From assembly GCA_002172675.1 (NCBI GenBank), contig NETF01000173.1, positions 65,447 through 97,446 of the forward strand: a DNA stretch of 32,000 bases, in the 5' to 3' direction. Positions 25,426 to 32,000 of the stretch are shown here, piece after piece (position 1 is the first letter of the stretch; the number at the start of each line of letters is the position of its first letter). The translations under genes and the position numbers were made by a program. Source of the stretch: an unicellular cyanobacterium SU3. Lineage in GTDB: Bacteria; Cyanobacteriota; Cyanobacteriia; Cyanobacteriales; Microcystaceae. The notes below the pieces were generated by a model. The model saw nothing but the letters and a program-made list of their open reading frames with translations, had not been told where the DNA came from and did no database searches.

Positions 25426-26886
25426 ATGAAAAGAAGACAATTTTTAATTCAATCCTCCCTTGCAGCCATGACTGTGATCGCTTATCATCAGCTACCCAGT
25501 CAATCGAGTCCAATTTATAAACAGCATAAATCCTATAAAAGTTGGAAAAGTGATCATATTTTTTTAAAGGGAATTAATGCACCGGTATTTGAAGAAGTTG
25601 ATATTACCAATTTAAAAATATCAGGAAAAATTCCCAATGAATTACAGGGAATGTATGTTAGAAATGGTCCGAATCCTATGTTTAAACCAGAATCCTATAG
25701 TTATCCTATTGAAGGAGATGGGATGTTACACGGGGTTTATTTTAACAATGGAAAAGTCAATTATAAAAATCGTTGGATTCAAACCCGTGGACTCACTTAT
25801 GAAATGTTTGAAGGAAAACAATTAGATGAATTAAAGTTTAAAAATTATGCCAATACTAACATTATTGCTCATGGAAATAAACTATTAGCCTTATATGAAA
25901 CGGGTTTACCTTATGAAGTTAATAAAAACTTAGAAACCATAGGAGAATGGGATTTTAATCATCAATTAGAACAAGCAATGACAGCCCATCCTAAAATCGA
26001 TTCTGATACGGGAGAGTTGCATTTTTATCGGTATTCTTTTTTCAATACCCCTTATTTACATTATTACGTTGCTGATAGTAATAATAAGATTATTCGAGAA
26101 TTGCCTATAGAAATTCCTCAACCAACCATGATTCATGATATGGCAATGACTGAAAATTACGTTATCTTTTTTAACTGTCCTTTAGTATTTGATATGACAG
26201 AGGCAAAAAATAATAATATTCCTTTTGTTTGGCAAGAAGAACAAGGAAGTACCATTATTTTAGTAGATCGCCATAATCTTGATAAACAACCCATTTATCT
26301 AAAAACAGATGCCTTTTGGACTTGGCATTTTATGAATAGTTTTGAAAAAAATGATCAATTACTAATAGATTTTATAGCTTATCCTAAAATACAATCAGAA
26401 AATGACTGGGAAACGATGTTAACCCATAAGTCGAATTTACGACGAGTCACCATCGATTTAGCAACCCATAAAATGGAGTTTCAAGATATAGATGATCGTT
26501 TTGTAGAATTACCTGTTATTAATCAGAATTATGTCGGAAAAGCATATCAATTTGGGTATACATCTTACTACGATACAAAATTATCATCTCAGAAAAAAAT
26601 ACCTAATTTATCACCGTCCCTTGTCCAGTATGATGTCGTTAATCAAACCCATAAAGTTCATCAATTTAAACCTGGATGTTATGGGGGTGAAGCTGCGTTT
26701 ATTCCCAGTTCTAAGGGTCAATCTGAATTAGATGGCTATGTGGTGACTTTCGTCTATAATGAGAATACAAATACCAGTGATTTTGTGATCCTTGATCCGA
26801 GAAACTTTGAAGCCGAACCAATCGCAACCATTCATTTACCAGTTCGCGTTCCGGGTGGTTTTCATGGTAATTGGATTGCAGGATAA
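25426..26886 (+). CDS. Carotenoid cleavage oxygenase (RPE65/ACO family) with twin-arginine-type signal
   Basis: All four iron-ligand His contexts are present: TAHPKID, IHDMAMTENYVIF, WHFMNSF, GFHGNWI. Also present is NAPVFEEV...YVRNGPNP...GDGMLHGV. The N-terminus MKRRQFLIQSSLAAMTVIA fits the Tat consensus RRxFL plus an h-region. Confidence 0.9.
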   Translation: MKRRQFLIQSSLAAMTVIAYHQLPSQSSPIYKQHKSYKSWKSDHIFLKGINAPVFEEVDITNLKISGKIPNELQGMYVRNGPNPMFKPESYSYPIEGDGMLHGVYFNNGKVNYKNRWIQTRGLTYEMFEGKQLDELKFKNYANTNIIAHGNKLLALYETGLPYEVNKNLETIGEWDFNHQLEQAMTAHPKIDSDTGELHFYRYSFFNTPYLHYYVADSNNKIIRELPIEIPQPTMIHDMAMTENYVIFFNCPLVFDMTEAKNNNIPFVWQEEQGSTIILVDRHNLDKQPIYLKTDAFWTWHFMNSFEKNDQLLIDFIAYPKIQSENDWETMLTHKSNLRRVTIDLATHKMEFQDIDDRFVELPVINQNYVGKAYQFGYTSYYDTKLSSQKKIPNLSPSLVQYDVVNQTHKVHQFKPGCYGGEAAFIPSSKGQSELDGYVVTFVYNENTNTSDFVILDPRNFEAEPIATIHLPVRVPGGFHGNWIAG

Positions 26887-26922
26887 TTAATAATTATTAA
26901 TTGTTAATTGCTAAAAAGATAG

Positions 26923-27996
26923 TTATTCATTATCAATTAATAGTTTCTCTAACATTTTAAAAGTCATGCCATAAGTAACCGTCGGTTTGTCATAACCTTT
27001 GAGATTAACCGTGTACTGAGAAAATAACTTTTCTATATTTTTAAACTCCACTGAATAGAAATAGGTATCTTCTCCAATGGCTACATCTAACCCTAATTCC
27101 TTCGTCGCTGACTCTAAGCGAAAGGCTGCGTTAACGGTGTCTCCAATAGCCGTATAATCAGGATGATCTCCACTGCCGGTATTACCCACCATCGAATAAC
27201 CCGTATTAATGCCGGCACCAATCTTTAATTCAAAGGGAACTGGATACTCTTGACTTAACTGTTTGGTCATTTGGTTAAGATCACGAACCGCTTGAAAAAT
27301 TTGCATCACATCAGCTTTAGTGACTTCATTTTCTCCATGAAACCAAATAGCCATCACCGCATCACCGATATATTTATCCACCCAACTCCCTGCGTTACGA
27401 ATAATGTCCCCTGCTTGACGAAACCAATTACCAATTAAACAGGATAGAATTTCTTCGTCTAATTGTCGTGTTAAGGTGGTAAAGTTCCTCATATCCACTA
27501 CCATCACAGACGTTAAGCGACGTTCATGTAAAACCATGGTATCGTGATCGGCAAACTCTGGAGGAGTAATATCACTGTGGTGACGGGCAGGCCCATAAAA
27601 CCCTACATCAGTCTTGCCAAAGGTCACTTTATCCCCACTTTTCAGGGTAACAGGAATACTCACACGACGCTCATTAACAAAGGTTCCGTTACGACTGCCT
27701 AAATCAATTAACAAAAAATCCCCTGTTTCAGTGGATTGCAAAATAGCATGGTTACGAGAAATACAATGATCTCCGATGACAAAATCGTTGTCTCTCCCTC
27801 GGCCAATCGTCCAATAGTTTTTACCCACCAAAGGAAAATACCGTTGACCTTTAGCAGTATTTAGCAACAGATGAGGAGTCTTGGCGAGATTATCCACAGA
27901 TGTTTGACGGGGTGGCAGTACAAGAATAATTATAGGAACAAAGCCTATTAAATTGTATGTACTCAATCGTACTGAGTTATGCAAAGGAAGCCGCAA
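26923..27996 (-). CDS. FHA-domain class III adenylate/guanylate cyclase
   Basis: FHA: WTIGRGRDNDFVIGDHCISRNHAIL...LIDLGSRNGTFVN. Cyclase homology domain: LTSVMVVDMRNFTTL...KYIGDAVMAIW...GINTGYSMVGNTG...YTAIGDTVNAAFRLES. The start is uncertain; as annotated it overlaps the upstream gene by 20 nt. Confidence 0.85.
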   Translation of the reverse strand: MRLPLHNSVRLSTYNLIGFVPIIILVLPPRQTSVDNLAKTPHLLLNTAKGQRYFPLVGKNYWTIGRGRDNDFVIGDHCISRNHAILQSTETGDFLLIDLGSRNGTFVNERRVSIPVTLKSGDKVTFGKTDVGFYGPARHHSDITPPEFADHDTMVLHERRLTSVMVVDMRNFTTLTRQLDEEILSCLIGNWFRQAGDIIRNAGSWVDKYIGDAVMAIWFHGENEVTKADVMQIFQAVRDLNQMTKQLSQEYPVPFELKIGAGINTGYSMVGNTGSGDHPDYTAIGDTVNAAFRLESATKELGLDVAIGEDTYFYSVEFKNIEKLFSQYTVNLKGYDKPTVTYGMTFKMLEKLLIDNE

Positions 27997-28699
27997 CCCA
28001 AAATAGACTATCTACTAAGATTGTACTCAATACTGCACCGGCTAACGCCCACCAATGACGATCAGATTTTTGCATCGCCCATAAACCGATTCCTAAAAGT
28101 GCATTAGCTAAGACAATGGCCCAACTGGTTCCCCAGGGGGTTTGCACTTGTTCTAATGCGGATTGAAAAATAGGAGTCGCTAAACTAGGGTCAACTTGCA
28201 TTAGTTGTCGCCAATGGGGAATCAATCCCGTCACATAAAAATAAGCATCAGTGATGGCTGTCCCTAACAAAGAACCAATATAAAAGAAATTACCCACTTT
28301 TCCCCATCTTTGCCAGAGACACCACAAGGCAACGGGAACACCGATAGATTCAATCGGAAGGTGGATTAAGGGTTCCCAACGAAACCAACCCCAGTATATT
28401 GCACCGGCTAACCAACTCCAACTAAACCCAAATAATAAATCTCCCCATAAATGGATTTTAGGACGCTTCATGAGGTAAAACGCTAACCATAACCACCCCC
28501 CTGTCATTATCACGCTAATTTCAGGGCAGAAACGCACTAGAGGGGCTTCTATGAACACGGGAACAGACACCAAAAAGCCGGCAGCCAAGAATGTTAGCCA
28601 ATTTTTGACGATTGGGCGACTGAAAAAGGGTTGACCCGCAGAGGCGTGATCTGAGGATGTTAAAGAATGAGTGGTCACGGTAGATGGGGTAGAAATCAA
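27977..28699 (-). CDS. DUF3120 membrane protein (cyanobacteria-restricted)
   Basis: FLVSVPVFIEAPLVR...GDLLFGFSWSWLAGAIYWGWFRWEPLIHLPIESIGVP...GTAITDAYFYVTGLIPHWRQLMQV...QTPWG matches DUF3120, from memory. The track start is a TTG, so the exact start is uncertain. Confidence 0.7.
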   Translation of the reverse strand: MISTPSTVTTHSLTSSDHASAGQPFFSRPIVKNWLTFLAAGFLVSVPVFIEAPLVRFCPEISVIMTGGWLWLAFYLMKRPKIHLWGDLLFGFSWSWLAGAIYWGWFRWEPLIHLPIESIGVPVALWCLWQRWGKVGNFFYIGSLLGTAITDAYFYVTGLIPHWRQLMQVDPSLATPIFQSALEQVQTPWGTSWAIVLANALLGIGLWAMQKSDRHWWALAGAVLSTILVDSLFWVAASFA

Positions 28700-28995
28700 C
28701 GTTTTGTTAACCTTTATGTATATTATGAGTTTTTCTTTACTTTACTTAACTTATCGCAAAACTTCTTCTTAGGGTATATCCCCTGGGGGGGCATACGATT
28801 TTATAGTAACGAAATTCTCTAGATCCGTCAATGTATAGGGGTTGAACAGTGTTCAGCCTTTACTACAGTGTTATGCCCTTACCACACCGTTAAGCACTGA
28901 CAAAAATTTATAAGGTTATAATATTCTTAAATTTCAGAGCATAATTATTTTAAATAGAAAAATTGTGAAATAAAAATAATAATATGACCACATAA

Positions 28996-29242
28996 TTAAA
29001 TTTAGAAACTAACTCGACGGCCGAACAAATTATTGTTTTTCCTGGATATTATAATTGGCCACAATTTAAAACAATACAGTCTATATAATCAGTTATCAAT
29101 TTATTATTTGAATAATGGTGAATATAAACAAGTTAATAATAGTATTTTATTACCTGAATTAGATATTAATTTATTAGTAAAATGTGTTAATTTGCCTTCT
29201 AGACCACAAGCTAAAAAGATGTTTATGAAAGGGTTAGAATAA
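28996..29242 (+). pseudogene. Possible remnant of a Uma2/DUF820-like gene (N- and C-terminal pieces fused, frameshifted)
   Basis: Frame 1 reads ...TAEQIIVFPGYYNWPQFKTIQSI* (stop at 29086-29088). Frame 2 continues LSIYYLNNGEYKQVNNSILLPELDINLLVKCVNLPSRPQAKKMFMKGLE*. Both resemble the termini of a cyanobacterial endonuclease-like family I recall (..LPG.sWeQF..Iq.. and ..geY..i..S.lLPeLDl.LL.rCv..pS..eA...Fr.gL). The ~120 aa that should lie between them are missing. Confidence 0.3.
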
Positions 29243-29596
29243 ATATAATTATTCTTTTGAAACTGGACTTCAATAAAATAGAGTTTTTCAGAAGTATAGC
29301 AATCAGGAATGATATATGAGAACTGCTCAGGACATAATAATATTATGTCCCTACAAATCACTTCTGTAGGGGTTTAACAATGTTAAACCCTGCTTAATAT
29401 TTTCTCACAACTGAAACCTGATTGCTATATTAGACTCTTTGGGAATAAATAACCCATCAATTCTAAATGCAGTTTGTTTGACTTCAAAAGAATCAAATTT
29501 ATAAGCATCGACTAAATTTGTAGATTCTCCAATTAATTCAAAGAAGCTACTAGGATATTCTTGAAATAGTCGATAAAAGATAGGATCAGTTTTCAT
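29104..29596 (-). pseudogene. DUF2887 / Rpn-family (recombination-promoting nuclease/putative transposase-like) gene, interrupted by a MITE and 3'-degenerate
   Basis: The 5' piece MKTDPIFYRLFQEYPSSFFELIGESTNLVDAYKFDSFEVKQTAFRIDGLFIPKES and the 3' piece EKLYFIEVQFQKNNYIYSNPFINIFL are consecutive blocks of the DUF2887 N-terminal signature. An insertion carrying inverted repeats separates them. Confidence 0.6.
29295..29429. mobile_element. ~133-bp MITE-like insertion with 13-bp perfect terminal inverted repeats (or 11-bp TIR plus TA target duplication)
   Basis: TATAGCAATCAGG (29295-29307) is the exact reverse complement of CCTGATTGCTATA (29417-29429). Internal perfect palindromes: ggacataata-a-tattatgtcc and gggtttaaca-a-tgttaaaccc (29370-29390). 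There is no ORF inside. Confidence 0.55.
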
Positions 29597-29616
29597 TTTT
29601 TAAGATAAATTTTACA

Positions 29617-29644
29617 TAAAAAAGGTGGGCATTGCCCACCCTAC
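29617..29644 (-). terminator. Rho-independent terminator of clpB
   Basis: On the minus strand, 4 nt after the clpB stop: GGTGGGC-AAU-GCCCACC (29624-29640) followed by U6 (plus-strand A6 at 29618-29623). Confidence 0.65.
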
Positions 29645-29647
29645 CAG

Positions 29648-32000
29648 TTAAACAGTTAACATCTCAGAGGGTAGCCGTTTAAAGGTCAATCTTTCATCCT
29701 CAACATCAACAAAAATTGTGTCTCCTGCTTTGAATTCTCCCCTTAAAATTGATTTAGCAATAGGAGTTTCTAAGTATCGTTGAACCGCCCGTTTTAAAGG
29801 TCTGGCACCATAAACAGGATCATAACCAATATCAGCCACAAAGTCTAAGGCTATATCAGCTAATTTGAGAGACATTTTTTGGTCTTCTAAACGATTTCTA
29901 AGGAGTTGAACTTGTAGCTTAACAATTTCTCGCAGTTGTTCTTTTTGTAAACTGTGGAAGATAATAATTTCATCGATACGATTGAGAAATTCAGGACGGA
30001 AATTATTACGCATTGCGTCCATAACACGGGAACGCATTTCATCATAACGAGTATCGTCTCCAGCCACATCTAAAATGTATTGAGAACCGATATTACTGGT
30101 CATAATAATGATAGTATTCTTGAAATCAACTACCCGACCTTGAGAGTCTGTCAAGCGTCCATCGTCGAGAATTTGTAACATGATATTGAAGACATCACCA
30201 TGTGCTTTTTCTATCTCGTCAAAAAGAATTACTGAGTAGGGACGACGACGAATTGCTTCGGTTAATTGTCCCCCTTCATCATAGCCTACATACCCTGGAG
30301 GCGCACCGATTAAACGAGATACACTATGCTTCTCCATATACTCGGACATATCGATACGAACGATGGCTTCTTCGGTATCAAAAAGATTCTTAGCTAAGGC
30401 TTTTGCTAATTCAGTTTTACCTACACCAGTCGGACCCAAGAAAATGAAACTAGCAGTAGGACGATTAGGATCAGAAAGTCCAGCACGAGAACGCTGAATT
30501 GCCTCTGATACTGCGGTAACAGCCTCTTCTTGTCCAATTACTCGCTCGTGTAATTCGTCCTCTAAATGTAATAATTTTTCTTTTTCAGATTCCACTAATT
30601 TACTAATAGGAATACCTGTCCATTTAGAGATAATCTCAGCAATATCTGACTCTACAACTTCCTCCCGTAATAAGGTTTTACCTGTGGTTTGTCGTTCTTC
30701 AATTTTGCTTTCTAAGTCCTTAACTTGTCGCTGTAAATCCGTTAGTTTGCCATAGCGTAATTCGGCAGCTTTATTCAGGTCATAATCCCGTTCTGCTTGT
30801 TGAATTTCTAAGTTAATTTGATCAATTGTTTCTTTAAGTTCACGAATCTGGTCAATGACTTCTTTTTCGGCTTGCCATTGGGCATTAAGTTGAGATTGTT
30901 CTTCTTTGAGATCAGCTAATTCTTTTTCTAGTTTTTCTAGACGTTCACGAGAAACTTCATCCTCTTCTTTTTGTAAGGATAAGCGTTCCATTTCTAACTG
31001 AAGAATCTTCCGATCAACTTCGTCTAATTCTTCCGGTTTAGACGTGATTTCCATCTTCAATTTAGCTGCTGATTCGTCTACTAAATCAATAGCCTTATCT
31101 GGTAAGAAGCGATCGCTAATATAACGGTTAGATAACATGGCTGCTGCCACCAGTGCGGTATCAGCAATTTTAACCCCATGATGAACTTCATAACGCTCTT
31201 TGAGTCCCCGTAAAATGGATATAGTATCTACTACATTGGGTTCGTTAACTAATACCTCTTGAAACCGTCTTTCTAAGGCTGCATCTTTCTCGATATATTT
31301 ACGATATTCATCCAGGGTTGTTGCCCCAATACAGCGCAATTCTCCCCGTGCTAACATAGGTTTTAAAAGGTTTCCTGCATCCATCGCCCCTTGAGTTGCA
31401 CCGGCACCCACAACGGTATGAATTTCATCAATAAAGAGGATAATATTGCCTTGAGAATCAGTTACTTCTTTGAGGACAGCTTTCAGTCTTTCTTCAAATT
31501 CTCCTCGATACTTTGCCCCAGCAATTAATGATCCCATATCCAAAGCAATTAACTTTCTATCCCGTAAAGATTCAGGGACATCTCTATTAATAATTCGTTG
31601 CGCTAACCCTTCAACAATAGCTGTTTTACCCACACCAGGTTCCCCAATTAAAACAGGATTATTTTTGGTTCTACGGGATAAAATTTGGATAGTACGACGA
31701 ATTTCATCATCCCTACCAATTACAGGATCCAGTTTACCTTCTCTGGCTAATTGAGTTAAATCTCGTCCATATTTTTCTAAGGCTTCATATTTATTTTCTG
31801 GATTTTGATCGGTCACTTTTTGATTCCCTCTTACTTGTTTAATAATCTCTTTTAAGTTATTTTCACTTAGATCAAATTCCTTGAACAAATTTTTGCCAAA
31901 ACGATCATCTTTACTGTAGGCTAAGAGTAAATGTTCAATGGAAATATAGTCATCTTCAAATTCTTTGCGAAACGTCTCACTTCTGTCAAGCAAACTATCT
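29648..32000 (-). CDS. clpB: ClpB disaggregase chaperone, N-terminally truncated by the window edge
   Basis: Two AAA+ modules: Walker [16 protein letters not shown] and [15 protein letters not shown]; Walker B ILFIDEIH and [12 protein letters not shown] long coiled-coil M-domain lies between them ([14 protein letters not shown]...[10 protein letters not shown]). The frame stays open to base 31999, and the track 'M' at 31993 is a TTG. Confidence 0.95.
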   Translation of the reverse strand, partial: DSLLDRSETFRKEFEDDYISIEHLLLAYSKDDRFGKNLFKEFDLSENNLKEIIKQVRGNQKVTDQNPENKYEALEKYGRDLTQLAREGKLDPVIGRDDEIRRTIQILSRRTKNNPVLIGEPGVGKTAIVEGLAQRIINRDVPESLRDRKLIALDMGSLIAGAKYRGEFEERLKAVLKEVTDSQGNIILFIDEIHTVVGAGATQGAMDAGNLLKPMLARGELRCIGATTLDEYRKYIEKDAALERRFQEVLVNEPNVVDTISILRGLKERYEVHHGVKIADTALVAAAMLSNRYISDRFLPDKAIDLVDESAAKLKMEITSKPEELDEVDRKILQLEMERLSLQKEEDEVSRERLEKLEKELADLKEEQSQLNAQWQAEKEVIDQIRELKETIDQINLEIQQAERDYDLNKAAELRYGKLTDLQRQVKDLESKIEERQTTGKTLLREEVVESDIAEIISKWTGIPISKLVESEKEKLLHLEDELHERVIGQEEAVTAVSEAIQRSRAGLSDPNRPTASFIFLGPTGVGKTELAKALAKNLFDTEEAIVRIDMSEYMEKHSVSRLIGAPPGYVGYDEGGQLTEAIRRRPYSVILFDEIEKAHGDVFNIMLQILDDGRLTDSQGRVVDFKNTIIIMTSNIGSQYILDVAGDDTRYDEMRSRVMDAMRNNFRPEFLNRIDEIIIFHSLQKEQLREIVKLQVQLLRNRLEDQKMSLKLADIALDFVADIGYDPVYGARPLKRAVQRYLETPIAKSILRGEFKAGDTIFVDVEDERLTFKRLPSEMLTV

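Noticed and set aside
25637-26731. Same-strand out-of-frame ORFs in the carotenoid oxygenase gene (25637-25825, 26531-26731)
   Set aside because: They overlap a well-supported CDS in another frame and show no independent signals.
26887-26922. Perfect AT-only palindrome TTAATAATTATTAA between the convergent oxygenase and cyclase genes, as a possible terminator
   Set aside because: An all-A/T stem has negligible stability, so it is not a credible intrinsic terminator.
28740-28900. Possible structured ncRNA or tRNA-like gene in the DUF3120 upstream region
   Set aside because: I could not fold a cloverleaf or recognise any conserved RNA-family motif (no T-loop GTTCGAATC-type sequence). It is better explained as a degenerate hairpin-repeat element. 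It needs cmscan to settle.
29033-29242. 69-aa plus-strand ORF as a genuine gene
   Set aside because: It begins mid-domain and lacks the central ~120 aa expected for the family its C-terminus resembles. The matching N-terminal peptide is in a different frame just upstream. I treat it as a pseudogene remnant.
29887-31754. ORFs overlapping clpB (29887-30069, 30202-30393, 31470-31754)
   Set aside because: They are out of frame or antisense within a highly conserved clpB CDS.
1-32000. CRISPR arrays, rRNA, tRNA, integrases or transposases with intact ORFs
   Set aside because: I found no regularly spaced direct repeats, no tRNA T-arm/anticodon architecture, and no intact recombinase ORF on either strand.

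Overview
Cyanobacterial chromosomal segment. It has at least 10 exact HIP1 octamers GCGATCGC (2404, 6956, 9062, 9963, 10451, 16071, 21547, 23025, 24699, 31109) and many cyanobacteria-restricted DUF families. The AT-rich background suggests a unicellular Cyanothece/Crocosphaera-type host, but that is inference only. I support about 25 intact CDS, 3 pseudogene remnants, one MITE-like insertion, one 78-nt intergenic repeat pair and a few terminators or operators. I saw no rRNA, tRNA or CRISPR. Left to right: partial fibrillin; a 1981-aa TamB/TIC236-like protein; a brnT(decayed)/brnA module; DUF2808; an isochorismatase-like hydrolase; Uma2 nuclease; DUF3593. Next comes a very AT-rich 3-gene minus-strand operon: an ABC ATPase with an extra N-terminal helical domain, an orphan ~8-TM 548-aa protein, and a 223-aa protein carrying the same N-terminal domain. 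Then fasciclin; Mo-nitrogenase-C-domain protein; a signal-less GH13 amylase with 2 starch-binding modules; a DUF5132-like pair flanking an operon of an HMA2-like protein and a P1B-like P-type ATPase that lacks any CPx motif; a Cys-less rhodanese; feoAB; DUF1400 plus a Tat-signal carotenoid oxygenase; FHA-adenylate cyclase; DUF3120; a decay zone (Uma2-like remnant, and a DUF2887/Rpn-like gene split by a MITE); and partial clpB. The best candidates for something undescribed are: (1) the AT-rich ABC/orphan-membrane/adaptor-domain triad at 9935-13701; (2) the cysteine-poor P-type ATPase cluster at 17881-21379, which shares a 92%-identical 78-nt Fur-box-like upstream element with feoAB. All family names come from my recollection of motifs. 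No database search was run.
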